63,112 bases of DNA, filler included, from 6 parts of 6 records of this genome joined end to end with filler, not necessarily neighbours in it; one strand, 5' to 3'; counted from the whole stretch's first letter, positions 1 to 11,670 are shown. Numbers and translations are program-made. The notes: generated by a model not told the origin, from the sequence alone.

Positions 1-1179
1 CCGTAAACCAAGCTGGGCGATTTCCGGCGCGCGTTTTGGCGAAATAGCCGAAAATGCGCCAACGACAACACCGATAGAACCAAAGTTAGCAAAACCACAA
101 AGCGCAAAGGAGATAATCGCAATGGTTTTCACTTCCAGCGTGCCGCCCGTTTGCAGGTATGGGGAGAAACTCAGGTAAGCGACGAATTCGTTAATCGCCA
201 GTTTCTGCCCAATCAGGCTACCCGCAAGATTGGCATCACTCCAGTCCACACCCATGATCCACGCCAGCGGTGCCAGCACATAGCCAAAAATACTTTCCAG
301 AGAGGCATTGGCGAAACCAAACCAGCCGCCAATTCCGCCGATAATGCCGTTGATCAGCGCAATAATTGCGACAAACGCCATTACCACCGTCGCCACACCA
401 GCGGCGATTTTTAGCCCGGTCATCGCACCGCTCGCCGCCGCTTCGATAAAGCTTTTTGGCGGCGTTTCGCTGAACGACAGATTTTCAAATGTGACCTGCG
501 AAGGCTCGGTTGCCGGGCTAAGAATACGTGCAAACAAAATCCCGCCAGGGATCGCCATCAGCGATGCCGCTAACAGGTAGTCAATTGGTACGCCCATTCC
601 GGCATAACCAATCATCATCGAACCAGCAATGGACGCCATCCCGCTACAAATTGCGGTAAACAACTCGTTGCGATTCATGCGATCGATAAACGGTTTAACG
701 ATCGCCGGGATCTCATTTTGCCCGAGGAAAATAGTAGTAACCGCAACAAAAGATTCGATTTTGCTGATGTTGAGGGCTTTCTGGAAAATGCTGCCAAGGA
801 TGCGAATCAGCAGCCCCATCACGCCAATGTAGTACAGCAGACTGATGAGCGCAGTAACGAAAATAATCGCCGGAAGTACGCGAAAGGCGAAGATAAAACC
901 CGCACCGTCAAACAGGACATCCATTTTCGGCCCAACCAGCGAACCAAAAATGAAGGCGCTACCGGCATCACTGTAAGACATCACTTTATGAACGCCTAAT
1001 GCCGCCTGTTCTACTGCCCATTTTCCCGGTGGGAAGTAGAGCATGATGCCACCAATAGCGATTTGCAGCAGCAGTGCGGCTCCAACCGTGCGCAAACTGA
1101 TGCTCTTTTTATTCACTGACAACAGAAATGCTATTGCCAGTAACACCACCATCCCCACAACACTTCTCATTATATCCAT
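1..1179 (-). CDS. psuT: Pseudouridine/nucleoside transporter (NupC/CNT family), 3' end outside window
   Basis: Read manually from ATG at 1179: MDIMRSVVGMVVLLAIAFLLSVNKKSISLRTVGAALLLQ...; hydrophobic CNT-type protein directly downstream of psuG. Confidence 0.93.
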   Translation of the reverse strand, partial: MDIMRSVVGMVVLLAIAFLLSVNKKSISLRTVGAALLLQIAIGGIMLYFPPGKWAVEQAALGVHKVMSYSDAGSAFIFGSLVGPKMDVLFDGAGFIFAFRVLPAIIFVTALISLLYYIGVMGLLIRILGSIFQKALNISKIESFVAVTTIFLGQNEIPAIVKPFIDRMNRNELFTAICSGMASIAGSMMIGYAGMGVPIDYLLAASLMAIPGGILFARILSPATEPSQVTFENLSFSETPPKSFIEAAASGAMTGLKIAAGVATVVMAFVAIIALINGIIGGIGGWFGFANASLESIFGYVLAPLAWIMGVDWSDANLAGSLIGQKLAINEFVAYLSFSPYLQTGGTLEVKTIAIISFALCGFANFGSIGVVVGAFSAISPKRAPEIAQLGLR

Positions 1180-1272
1180 AATGATTTTCCCTTCATGCCG
1201 GTAAACCCGGCGTCAGCGCCAGGTTTTGGTATGCTTGATGAGTACGGGCGACGGCTTTCTGCCCGTCAGAAA

Positions 1273-2210
1273 TTAACCCGCGAGACGCTGATATTCTTTG
1301 GCAATTTCGCTCGCCAGAATGGCGTTGTTGAACACCAGCTGGATGTTGGATTTCAGGCTGTCACCGCCGGTCAGTTCAGCAACGCGCGCCAGCAGGAATG
1401 GCGTACTTTCTTTACCAATGACTCCCTGAGCTTCAGCTTCAGCTACCGCCTGATCGATCGCCGCATTGATAGTGTGTTCCGGCATAGCAAACTGTTCCGG
1501 GATCGGGTTCGCTACCACGAGGCCACCGTTCAGACCGCTTTGCCATTTCACCACCATTGCACGGGCAATTTCGCTGGCGCTGTCGAGACGAATGCTGACG
1601 TCAAACGGGCTGGTGCGGCAGAAAAACGCAGGCAGCGCTTTAGTCTGATAGCCAATTAACGGCACACCGAAGGTTTCTAAATACTCAGTGGTTAATCCTA
1701 AATCGAGAATAGATTTCGCCCCGGCACAAACAACGGTGACATTAGTATTTGCCAGTTCTTGCAAATCGGCAGAAATATCGAAGGTATGTTCCGCCCCGCG
1801 ATGCACACCACCAATTCCCCCGGTGGCAAATACTTTAATTCCGGCAAGCGCCGCAATAATCATCGTTGAAGCCACAGTGGTTGCGCCATTTTTTCCGGCG
1901 GCAACAACAAAAGGTAAATCGCGACGACTAACTTTGGTCACGTTATGCCCTTCACGACCCAGTAATTCAATTTCTTCTTTGCTTAACCCCACTTTCATCA
2001 CGCCGCCAATAATGGCGATCGTGGCAGGTACAGCGCCCTGTTTACGAATAGTTTCTTCAACTTCAATTGCGGTCTGGGCATTTTGTGGGAACGGCATCCC
2101 GTGAGAAATAATGGTCGATTCCAGCGCCACAACCGGTTTTTGTTTTTTAAAGCGTCCTGCACTTCCGGGGAAATTTGTAATAATTCAGGGGAAATTTTTA
2201 ATTCAGACAT
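1273..2210 (-). CDS. psuG: Pseudouridine-5'-phosphate glycosidase, split by an apparent 1-nt loss in a homopolymer at 2137-2141
   Basis: ORF 1998-2210 gives the N-terminus MSELKISPELLQISPEVQDALKNK; ORF 1273-2130 continues ALESTIISHGMPFPQN; adding one A joins them. Confidence 0.93.
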
Positions 2211-3139
2211 TCTGCGTTCTCCACTAACGATATAACGTTGGCAATCGATAAATCGGGGTTATTGGTGTATTCACAGGAGAGCGCCATTGACGAACATCCC
2301 TGTGCGAAACGAACAGATTCGGCAAACGGCATTCCGTCTACCCAACACGAAGCAAGTCCCGCCATCATGGCATCGCCCGCTCCGGTAACATTAATAACAT
2401 TGGTTTTGATCGGCGCAGACCAGCCACTTTCACCGCTGATATCGCTGTAATAAACGCCGTCGCCGCCCATGCTCAATACCAGTCGGTTCAGGCCATGTTG
2501 ATGGAACCAGGCAGCAACTTTTGCCACATCTTCACGCCCTGACAGCGCAATCCCACTCAGGGTTTCCGCTTCAAGGCGGTTTGGCTTGAGAGTGTGGATC
2601 TGATTTAGACGGTCGCGCACTTTGACACATTTCCATGCCGAAACCGGATCGACAAATACGGGTACGTTGGCGGCATTATCCAGAATCCATGCCAGTGCCT
2701 CTTCACTGATATTACAGTCCGCGACAATGACCTTTGCCCTCTGAATAAATTCACCGTGCTGTGCGAGATATTCAGCTGTAATAGCGTTGCTAATATTCAT
2801 GTCATTTATAGCAACCAGCATTTCACCGGTATTATCGAGTAATGATAAATAACTCGACGTATTTTCTCCCGGCACAATCAGGCATTTATCGACATAAACG
2901 CCAGATTGATTGGTTTGCGTTAGCAGCGATTGACCATAAAAATCACTGCCTACGGCGCTCAGTAGCCAGGCTTTGTTACCCAGCAACGCCAGGTTTTGTG
3001 CAATATTGCGCCCTACTCCACCAGGCGTAAATTTTATTTTACCTGGATTTGAATCCGCATAATTTAATGATTCATGTGAATATCCGGCGACATCAATATT
3101 CGCCGAACCTATAATTACGACATAATCCTTTTCGCGCAT
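2198..3139 (-). CDS. psuK: Pseudouridine kinase (PfkB family)
   Basis: 313 aa; GGVGRNIA and NVTGAGDA PfkB motifs; operon with psuG/psuT. Confidence 0.96.
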   Translation of the reverse strand: MREKDYVVIIGSANIDVAGYSHESLNYADSNPGKIKFTPGGVGRNIAQNLALLGNKAWLLSAVGSDFYGQSLLTQTNQSGVYVDKCLIVPGENTSSYLSLLDNTGEMLVAINDMNISNAITAEYLAQHGEFIQRAKVIVADCNISEEALAWILDNAANVPVFVDPVSAWKCVKVRDRLNQIHTLKPNRLEAETLSGIALSGREDVAKVAAWFHQHGLNRLVLSMGGDGVYYSDISGESGWSAPIKTNVINVTGAGDAMMAGLASCWVDGMPFAESVRFAQGCSSMALSCEYTNNPDLSIANVISLVENAECLN

Positions 3140-3519
3140 AGCACGTCCTCTGGTAAAAAATTACCAACCCTGTCAATCCACAAGAATATAGATACTGCAA
3201 AGACGGTTTAAACATGTGTTCATATTTAAACATGTGCTCATAGTATGCATGTTTTACGTAAAGTAAATTACCGCCAGAGAGGCAAAATGGGCAGATTTGA
3301 GCAGGCTCACAAAATGCGATTAAATGCCTGAATTACAAAAGCGAGGAATTTGTGACGGGATGCACAGAACAGAACAATAAAAAAGGGCAGAAAATAATCT
3401 GCCCTTGAGGAAATAACCTGAGTGTTTGATGAACGTTTGAAGTTTCTACTGAAAGATAAAACCATTTAAATTCATAAAATTACATTCACAAACCGGTCAT
3501 TCTCTTTGCGCTCATCAAA

Positions 3520-3552
3520 TGTTACAGGACAGGAAATTTCTGCCCTGTAACA
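3520..3552 (-). terminator. Hairpin downstream of fruA
   Basis: TGTTACAGGACAG-GAAATTT-CTGCCCTGTAACA imperfect inverted repeat just after the fruA stop. Confidence 0.6.
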
Positions 3553-3561
3553 CACCTTTTA

Positions 3562-5253
3562 TTACGCTGCTTTCGCTACTGCGTCCACTTCCGGACGTTT
3601 CAGGAAGGCATAGGCCAAACCCGCCACCAGCGTACCGGCAATAATTGCTACCAGGTAACCCAATACCGGCGTAATAGCGCCAGGGATCAGCAGAACAAAC
3701 AGACCACCGTGCGGTGCCATCAGTTTCGCACCAATCGCCATTGAGATTGCGCCAGTCAGCGCCCCACCCACGATACAGCACGGCAGCACACGCATCGGAT
3801 CACGAGCAGCAAACGGAATTGCACCTTCCGAAATGAAGCACAGTCCCAATACCAGAGCGGCTTTGCCACCTTCCTGCTGCGCTTTGTCGAATTTGCGACG
3901 CGCCACCATTGTTGCCAGACCCATTGCCAGCGGTGGCACCATACCTGCCGCCATAATCGCCGCCATCGGGCCATAGGTTTGAGTACTCAGCAGACCCACA
4001 CCGAATGCGTACGCTGCTTTGTTTACCGGACCGCCCATGTCAGTACACATCATGCCACCGAGGATCGCCCCCAGCAGAACCGCATTCGCAGTCCCCATGG
4101 TCTGCAGCCAGTGAGTCAGCCCTTCGAGAATGCCAGCAACTGGTTTACCGATCAGGTAGATCATCGCCAGACCGACCACCAGACTGGAAATTAGCGGAAT
4201 GATCAGGATCGGTTTCAGCGCCTCCATACTCTGTGGCAGTTTCAATTGCGTACTGATTAACTTCGCAATGTAACCAGCCAGGAAGCCCGCAATAATACCA
4301 CCAATGAAGCCAGAACCGGTGCTGACCGCCAGCATACCGCCAATCAGACCCGGAGTGAGGCCCGGACGATCGGCAATGGAAAAGGCAATATAACCTGCCA
4401 GTACCGGCACCATCAGCGCAAAGGCTGAACCACCACCAATCTGCATCAGCGCCGCAGCCAACGTACCCGGCTCTTTAAACGCTTCGATACCAAAAGCAAA
4501 AGAAAGCGCGATACACAGACCACCTGCAACGACCATCGGCAGCATGTAAGAAACGCCCGTCAGCAAGTGACGGTATGCGCCTGCACTCTCTTTCTTACTT
4601 TCAGTGGTCGCCGTTTGAGCTTTGCCCGCCGGTTCATACGGCGTTGCTTCAGCAACCGCTTTATCCAGTTCCTGCGCGGTTTTCTTCAGCGCCAGACCGG
4701 TAGAGGTACGATACATCGGTTTACCAGCAAATTTCGCCAGATCCACTTCGATATCTGCCGCCACAATCACCAGATCCGCTGCTGCGACTTCTTCGGGAGT
4801 GATTGCATTACCCGCGCCAACAGAACCACGGGTTTCAACTTTCACCCACCAGCCACGTTTTTTCGCTTCGGTTTCAATGGCTTCAGCCGCCATAAAGGTG
4901 TGTGCTACGCCAGTCGGGCAAGCAGTCACCGCAACTACGCGTTTCGGACCGCTGGCGGCAACTGGTGCTGTCGCAGCGACCGGCGCAGTGTAAGGTTTCG
5001 CATGGCCTTTGGCTTCACTCAGGAACAGCTCAGGGTGCGCAACTGCCCGGGAAATATCGCCCAGCCAGACATTTTTACCGTTCAGCGCGCTGTCGTTCGG
5101 GATGGAATCACCGAGAACAATCGCCATTTCAGCGTCGTTCGGATTGTCGATGATTTCCAGTTTTGCTTTTCGCGCCGCCGCGCCCAGCAGGGTCTTCGCC
5201 ATATAGGCGCGTGCCTGACCGAGATTAGCGTCAATAATCAGCAGCGTTTTCAT
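3562..5253 (-). CDS. fruA: PTS fructose-specific EIIB'BC
   Basis: 563 aa; VTACPTGVAHTFMAAE EIIB motif plus membrane EIIC domain. Confidence 0.98.
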   Translation of the reverse strand: MKTLLIIDANLGQARAYMAKTLLGAAARKAKLEIIDNPNDAEMAIVLGDSIPNDSALNGKNVWLGDISRAVAHPELFLSEAKGHAKPYTAPVAATAPVAASGPKRVVAVTACPTGVAHTFMAAEAIETEAKKRGWWVKVETRGSVGAGNAITPEEVAAADLVIVAADIEVDLAKFAGKPMYRTSTGLALKKTAQELDKAVAEATPYEPAGKAQTATTESKKESAGAYRHLLTGVSYMLPMVVAGGLCIALSFAFGIEAFKEPGTLAAALMQIGGGSAFALMVPVLAGYIAFSIADRPGLTPGLIGGMLAVSTGSGFIGGIIAGFLAGYIAKLISTQLKLPQSMEALKPILIIPLISSLVVGLAMIYLIGKPVAGILEGLTHWLQTMGTANAVLLGAILGGMMCTDMGGPVNKAAYAFGVGLLSTQTYGPMAAIMAAGMVPPLAMGLATMVARRKFDKAQQEGGKAALVLGLCFISEGAIPFAARDPMRVLPCCIVGGALTGAISMAIGAKLMAPHGGLFVLLIPGAITPVLGYLVAIIAGTLVAGLAYAFLKRPEVDAVAKAA

Positions 5254-5269
5254 TATGCCTCTCCTGCTG

Positions 5270-6208
5270 TCAGTTAAAAGGTTGTAAGTCGACGCGCGCC
5301 ATCATTGCGGCCAACTGCGGACGATCGGTAATACCCACATTGCTTTGACTTACCGCCAGGGCTGCAACAGCTGTCGCCAGACGCAGTGTGTGTTCACTGG
5401 ATTCACGCATCAGCAAGCCATAAATCAGGCCACCAACCATAGAATCCCCTGCGCCAACGGTGCTTACGACATCGACTGACGGTGGTTTGGCGATCCATTC
5501 GCCGGAGGCATTAACCCAAAGCGCGCCTTCGGCACCCAGTGAAATAACAACATGCGCGATGCCTTGTTCACGTAGCGCATGTGCAGCTTCAATCACATCT
5601 TTCATTTCAGGCAGTTTACGGCCTGCCCAGATTTCCAGCTCGCGGCGGTTAGGTTTCACCAGCCACGGTGCCGCTTTCAAACCTGCTACTAACGCTTCAC
5701 GGCTACTATCAAAGATAATGCAAGGACACTGACTACGCAGGCGAGTCATCCAGTCGGTGAACGCTTCCGGGCTGACGCCTGACGGTAAGCTTCCGCTGAC
5801 ACAGACCATATCGAACTGACCGAGCCAGCTCAGAGAATCAGTCACAAAGCGTTCCCAGTCGGCGGGGGTGACTTCAAAACCCGAGAAGTTGAAGTCGGTC
5901 ACTTCGCCGTCTTTTTCCGTCAGCTTAACGTTAATTCGGGTGCGCCCCTGTACAACCTGGAAACGGTTGGCAATGCCCAGCTCGCTGAACAGTTGCTGAA
6001 AACCATCCTGATTGTCTTTACCCAGGAAGCCGCCAACGGTGACATCAATTCCCAGGTCTTTTAATACTTTGGCCACGTTGATGCCTTTACCCGCCGCATG
6101 CAGACCGGTGGTTTTCACCAGGTTCACTTCGCCGCGTTCAATTTCCGGGCAGAAACCAACAAGGTCATAAGCCGGATTAAGGGTGATAGTAGCAACACGT
6201 CTGCTCAT
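5270..6208 (-). CDS. fruK: 1-phosphofructokinase
   Basis: 312 aa PfkB family; GKGINVA and STVGAGDS motifs. Confidence 0.98.
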   Translation of the reverse strand: MSRRVATITLNPAYDLVGFCPEIERGEVNLVKTTGLHAAGKGINVAKVLKDLGIDVTVGGFLGKDNQDGFQQLFSELGIANRFQVVQGRTRINVKLTEKDGEVTDFNFSGFEVTPADWERFVTDSLSWLGQFDMVCVSGSLPSGVSPEAFTDWMTRLRSQCPCIIFDSSREALVAGLKAAPWLVKPNRRELEIWAGRKLPEMKDVIEAAHALREQGIAHVVISLGAEGALWVNASGEWIAKPPSVDVVSTVGAGDSMVGGLIYGLLMRESSEHTLRLATAVAALAVSQSNVGITDRPQLAAMMARVDLQPFN

Positions 6209-7338
6209 TATGCGCCCTCCCCAAGACCAGCAGCGATAGCGTCGCCGATTGCTTTCAGCGCCTGTTCAGCATCTGCACCCTGGGCGGTAAAGCGTAGGCG
6301 ATGACCTTTCTTAACGCCAAGTGCCACAACTTTCATCAGACTACGTCCGTTTGCCGGTTTGCCGGTACCATCAAGGTTTGTCACGGTAATATCACTGTTA
6401 AATTGTTTAATGGTATTGACCAGCATGGTACCTGGACGAGCATGCAGGCCGTGTTCATTGCGCACCACAAACTCCGCGCTTAACACGTCGTCGGTCGGCG
6501 CATCATCGCTGGTCAGCAGCGCCAGCAACGTTGCCGCATCCGCTTTCAGCAAGCGGTCAGCTTTATTGTCGAGCAATAAATCAGCGAGACGCTTAAGAAC
6601 CGCGATGGGCTGATCGTCATTCATCGCCACACTCACCAGCATGGCTGCCGTTTCGCCGTCCACATCAAAAGCATTTGCCGCACGGCTTACCGCAATCGCG
6701 CTACGCAGATTGCCTTCGGCGCTATCGCTCAGCCAGATACCCTGTCCGAGATTCAGCGGTTGTTCATTGATGGCTTTGGTGACGAAAGTGGCGTCAACTG
6801 CCCCCGCCTCTTTCAGACGCGCAGCGTTCAGCGCCTGAAGAGTCAGCAGATCGCTGGCGACGATATCCAGTGTCAGCATTTCGTTGTCGAGCTTCAGCTG
6901 CTCACTCTGCTTTTCGCCCATCAGTAATGCGCGAAGTTCTTCTGCTGTTGTTGCTGACTTCAGTTGTTCAGCAACGGAATCATCGCTCAGTACGTGGGTC
7001 AGCTGGCGTAGCAGGCCCAGATGTTCATCCGAGCTGGCAGCAATACCGATTGCCACGTACGCTACCTGACCGTCACCCCAGGTGACGCCTTCCGGGAACT
7101 GAAATACCTGAACGCCGGTTTTCAGCACCTGATCGCGGGTGTCGGTAGTGCCGTGTGGAATAGCAATACCATTGCCGAGGAACGTTGAGGTTTGCTGTTC
7201 GCGCGCCAGCATGCCATTGACGTAGCCTTCTGCTACATTACCGGCCTGCACCAGCGCCGCAGCGACCTGGCGAATCGCCTCTTCTTTGTCTCCGGCCTTT
7301 TCGCCCGGATGGATGTCCTGTACGGATAACTGGAACAT
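6208..7338 (-). CDS. fruB: Fused fructose EIIA / FPr (HPr-like)
   Basis: 376 aa; GIAIPHG EIIA motif and C-terminal HGLHARP HPr motif. Confidence 0.98.
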
Positions 7339-7359
7339 AGTTCTCCTCTCTTGCTGAAT

Positions 7360-7438
7360 TGAAACGATTCAGCCTCTATGAGAAAAAAAGCGCCAACCTG
7401 GCTTAGGGTTAAAGACAAGATCGCGCTGAAACGTTTCA
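7360..7438. promoter_or_regulatory. Two Cra (FruR) operators upstream of fruB
   Basis: TGAAACGATTCAGC at 7360-7373 and GCTGAAACGTTTCA at 7425-7438 match the Cra palindrome. Confidence 0.85.
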
Positions 7439-7705
7439 AGAAAGCATAATACTTCTGTTTCAGCACGCAAGGAAAGCCGTAAAGTTATGAGCAAAAGTTT
7501 GATGTGCTGCACAATTTTTTGCCATTTTTCCTAATTGCTGATGGGAAAATCCGTTATCAGCAATTTCATTTCAGCAGCGTCAGCAGCCAATCAGCAACAG
7601 TGAAATGGCATTTTGACTATTCGTGGCGCTTTTGATTTCGCTGTCTGTTTATTTTCTGACAAGCAGCGTAAACTCCGCGTCTTCCTCTTCCAGTGATCGA
7701 CCAGC

Positions 7706-8887
7706 ATGCATAACTCCCCCGCAGTCTCCAGCGCGAAATCGTTTGACCTGACCTCGACGGCGTTTTTAATCGTTGCCTTTCTCACCGGTATTGCGGGCGC
7801 TCTGCAAACCCCGACACTCAGTATTTTTCTTACCGATGAAGTACATGCCCGTCCGGCGATGGTGGGATTCTTCTTTACCGGCAGCGCTGTCATTGGGATT
7901 CTGGTAAGTCAGTTTCTCGCCGGGCGCTCTGATAAGCGCGGCGATCGCAAATCGCTGATTGTCTTTTGCTGCCTGTTAGGCGTGCTGGCCTGCACCCTTT
8001 TTGCCTGGAATCGCAACTACTTTGTTTTGCTATTCGTTGGCGTCTTTCTTAGCAGCTTTGGCTCGACCGCTAACCCGCAAATGTTTGCCCTTGCCCGTGA
8101 ACATGCCGACAAAACCGGACGTGAGGCGGTGATGTTCAGCTCTTTTTTACGCGCTCAGGTTTCACTGGCATGGGTCATTGGCCCACCGCTGGCTTATGCC
8201 TTAGCGATGGGTTTCAGCTTTACGGTAATGTATCTGAGCGCAGCGGTAGCGTTTATTGTTTGCGGTGTGATGGTGTGGCTGTTTTTACCGTCGATGCGAA
8301 AAGAGCTTCCGCTGGCGACCGGCACGATCGAAGCGCCGCGCCGTAACCGTCGCGATACGCTGCTGCTGTTTGTCATTTGTACATTGATGTGGGGCTCGAA
8401 CAGCCTGTACATCATCAACATGCCGCTATTTATTATCAACGAACTGCATCTTCCCGAGAAACTGGCCGGTGTGATGATGGGGACCGCCGCCGGGCTGGAA
8501 ATCCCGACGATGTTGATTGCCGGATATTTCGCCAAACGTCTGGGTAAGCGTTTCTTAATGCGCGTTGCTGCCGTGGGTGGCGTCTGTTTTTACGCAGGAA
8601 TGCTGATGGCGCATTCACCTGTCATTCTGTTGGGCTTGCAGCTGCTAAATGCTATTTTTATTGGCATTCTGGGCGGCATCGGGATGCTCTATTTTCAGGA
8701 TCTGATGCCCGGTCAGGCGGGTTCAGCCACCACGCTCTATACCAACACTTCGCGCGTGGGCTGGATCATCGCAGGATCAGTGGCGGGCATCGTCGCCGAG
8801 ATCTGGAATTATCACGCTGTGTTCTGGTTTGCGATGGTGATGATTATCGCCACTCTGTTTTGCTTACTGCGGATTAAAGATGTTTAA
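7706..8887 (+). CDS. setB: Sugar efflux transporter B (MFS)
   Basis: 393 aa hydrophobic MFS protein; divergent from fruB. Confidence 0.95.
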
Positions 8888-9138
8888 GGCGCGGTCAGCA
8901 TTTCCAGATCGATAAGCCAGGTCATGGCCTGCTGACGCGAGTTACCGCACATTTCAGCGCTGGCTTGTAAGCCTGCACAGACTTTCGGTCGCAGTGGCGA
9001 GGTGAAAATTTTACAGCGTTGCTGTTCATCAAGCTGAATGCAGGGCGTATTGGCGGGCTTGCCATCTGGCATACCGGGAATAGGGCTGGAAATTGAAGGG
9101 GCAGTGCAACACGCCCCGCAACCCGGACGGCATTCCAT
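8884..9138 (-). CDS. yeiW: YkgJ-family Cys-cluster protein
   Basis: [11 protein letters not shown]...RPKVC motif; start set at ATG 9138 (84 aa). Confidence 0.88.
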
Positions 9139-9292
9139 ACGTTGTTCTCTTAAGGTTAACCACCGGATTGATGAGCGCGCACAGTACCACCTTTTTTGCA
9201 CCAGCAAAAGTGCGAATACCACTTGCCCGAAAGGCCCGTCGCGAGTACTTTGTCGCGATATTTTTGACATTTTCGACTACAGGAATTTTTCG

Positions 9293-9865
9293 ATGCCAAG
9301 AGCGAACGAAATTAAAAAAGGTATGGTACTGAATTACAACGGCAAACTGCTGCTGGTTAAGGATATTGATATTCAGTCGCCCACTGCCCGCGGTGCCGCT
9401 ACGCTGTACAAAATGCGTTTTTCTGATGTCCGTACCGGGCTGAAAGTAGAAGAGCGTTTCAAAGGTGATGATATCGTTGACACCGTGACGCTGACCCGCC
9501 GTTACGTTGACTTCTCCTATGTCGATGGCAACGAATATGTCTTTATGGATAAAGAAGACTATACCCCGTATACCTTCACCAAAGATCAGATTGAAGAAGA
9601 GTTGCTGTTTATGCCAGAGGGCGGCATGCCGGACATGCAGGTGCTGACCTGGGACGGTCAACTGCTGGCGCTTGAGCTGCCGCAGACCGTTGATCTGGAA
9701 ATCGTTGAAACCGCACCAGGCATCAAAGGGGCATCTGCCAGCGCCCGTAACAAACCGGCGACATTGAGCACTGGTCTGGTGATTCAGGTACCAGAATACT
9801 TAAGCCCGGGCGAAAAAATTCGTATCCATATCGAAGAACGCCGTTATATGGGGCGTGCTGACTAA
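9293..9865 (+). CDS. yeiP: Elongation factor P-like protein EfpL
   Basis: [10 protein letters not shown]...SPTARGAAT loop; 190 aa from ATG 9293. Confidence 0.96.
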
Positions 9866-9881
9866 CTTCAGCCGCATGCAG

Positions 9882-9910
9882 AAAAGGGATAGCTCAGGCT
9901 GTCCCTTTTT
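9882..9910 (+). terminator. Intrinsic terminator after yeiP
   Basis: AAAAGGGATAGC-TCAG-GCTGTCCCTTTTT. Confidence 0.8.
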
Positions 9911-10086
9911 AATTTATTATACCAATCTTCTATTTTGCGCTTCCTGAACACCTTACGCCCTCAATTTTCACTCGTTGATTGATCGCCCTCACACTTCATC
10001 GCATTAACAATCCAGACCAATTTCAATTGCTGTCATATAACTTTACACTGTCGTTGTTAATTAATCGTTACTAAGACGTGACTCCT

Positions 10087-11553
10087 ATGAATACAATCGC
10101 CTCCGTTACGCTCCCGCATCATGTACACGCTCCACGCTATGATCGCCAGCAGTTGCAATCACGTATCGTTCATTTTGGCTTTGGAGCCTTTCACCGCGCT
10201 CATCAGGCGTTACTGACCGATCGTGTGCTGAATGCCCAGGGCGGCGACTGGGGGATCTGTGAAATCAGCTTGTTCAGCGGTGATCAACTGATGAGCCAGC
10301 TCCGCGCACAGAACCATTTATATACCGTGCTGGAGAAAGGTGCGGACGGCAATCAGGTGATAATTGTCGGTGCCGTTCACGAATGCCTTAATGCAAAACT
10401 GGATTCCTTAGCGGCAATTATTGAGAAATTTTGCGAGCCACAGGTGGCAATTGTTTCCCTGACGATTACCGAAAAAGGCTATTGTATTGACCCGGCCACC
10501 GGTGCACTCGACACCAGTAATCCGCGGATTATTCACGATCTACAAACCCCTGAAGAACCTCACTCCGCACCGGGTATTCTCGTCGAAGCACTGAAACGCC
10601 GCCGTGAGCGCGGCCTTACACCGTTTACCGTGCTCTCCTGCGACAATATTCCCGACAATGGTCATGTGGTGAAAAACGCGGTGCTGGGAATGGCAGAAAA
10701 ACGTTCGCCAGAACTCGCCGGGTGGATAAAAGAGCACGTCAGTTTTCCGGGAACCATGGTCGACCGCATTGTTCCGGCTGCAACCGACGAATCACTGGTG
10801 GAAATCAGCCAGCATCTGGGGGTGAATGATCCCTGCGCGATTAGCTGCGAACCGTTTATCCAGTGGGTGGTGGAAGATAACTTCGTCGCTGGGCGTCCTG
10901 CCTGGGAAGTCGCAGGTGTACAAATGGTGAATGATGTCCTGCCATGGGAAGAGATGAAACTGCGGATGCTTAATGGCAGCCACTCTTTTCTCGCTTATCT
11001 GGGTTACCTCTCAGGATTCGCCCATATCAGTGATTGCATGCAGGATCGCGCATTTCGCCATGCCGCCAGAACATTAATGCTGGATGAGCAAGCGCCGACA
11101 CTGCAAATTAAAGATGTCGATTTAACACAATATGCGGATAAGTTAATTGCACGTTTTGCTAATCCGGCGCTGAAACATAAGACCTGGCAAATCGCGATGG
11201 ATGGCAGCCAGAAATTACCGCAACGCATGCTGGCAGGTATTCGCATACATCAGGGGCGCGAAACGGACTGGTCGTTGCTGGCATTAGGCGTTGCAGGCTG
11301 GATGCGTTACGTCAGCGGCGTTGATGATGCCGGAAATGCCATTGATGTTCGCGATCCGCTTAGCGATAAAATTCGCGAACTTGTTGCGGGCAGCAGCAGT
11401 GAACAACGCGTAACCGCCCTGCTTTCCCTGCGTGAAGTTTTCGGTGATGATCTGCCAGATAACCCGCATTTTGTGCAGGCCATCGAACAAGCCTGGCAAC
11501 AAATCGTACAATTCGGCGCACATCAGGCGCTATTAAACACCCTCAAAATTTAA
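10087..11553 (+). CDS. yeiQ: Mannitol/mannonate dehydrogenase family oxidoreductase
   Basis: VHFGFGAFHRAHQ, SCDN, MVDRIVP and KLRMLNGSH motifs. Confidence 0.94.
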   Translation: MNTIASVTLPHHVHAPRYDRQQLQSRIVHFGFGAFHRAHQALLTDRVLNAQGGDWGICEISLFSGDQLMSQLRAQNHLYTVLEKGADGNQVIIVGAVHECLNAKLDSLAAIIEKFCEPQVAIVSLTITEKGYCIDPATGALDTSNPRIIHDLQTPEEPHSAPGILVEALKRRRERGLTPFTVLSCDNIPDNGHVVKNAVLGMAEKRSPELAGWIKEHVSFPGTMVDRIVPAATDESLVEISQHLGVNDPCAISCEPFIQWVVEDNFVAGRPAWEVAGVQMVNDVLPWEEMKLRMLNGSHSFLAYLGYLSGFAHISDCMQDRAFRHAARTLMLDEQAPTLQIKDVDLTQYADKLIARFANPALKHKTWQIAMDGSQKLPQRMLAGIRIHQGRETDWSLLALGVAGWMRYVSGVDDAGNAIDVRDPLSDKIRELVAGSSSEQRVTALLSLREVFGDDLPDNPHFVQAIEQAWQQIVQFGAHQALLNTLKI

Positions 11554-11670
11554 CGATTTCTGCGGTTAAAGCGGATGAAGCTCACCTTCGTCCGCTCTCC
11601 CCTTCTCTTTTCTGCCTTTTTTAGCCAGGATTAACGCTCAGTTAACTTACCAGAGTATTGCGGAGCCGTT

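Noticed and set aside
9038-9292. N-terminal extensions of yeiP, and likewise of rpsB, dfp, gmk, slmA and yagP in the ORF track
   Set aside because: Artefacts of taking the first possible start; the recognisable proteins begin at downstream ATGs
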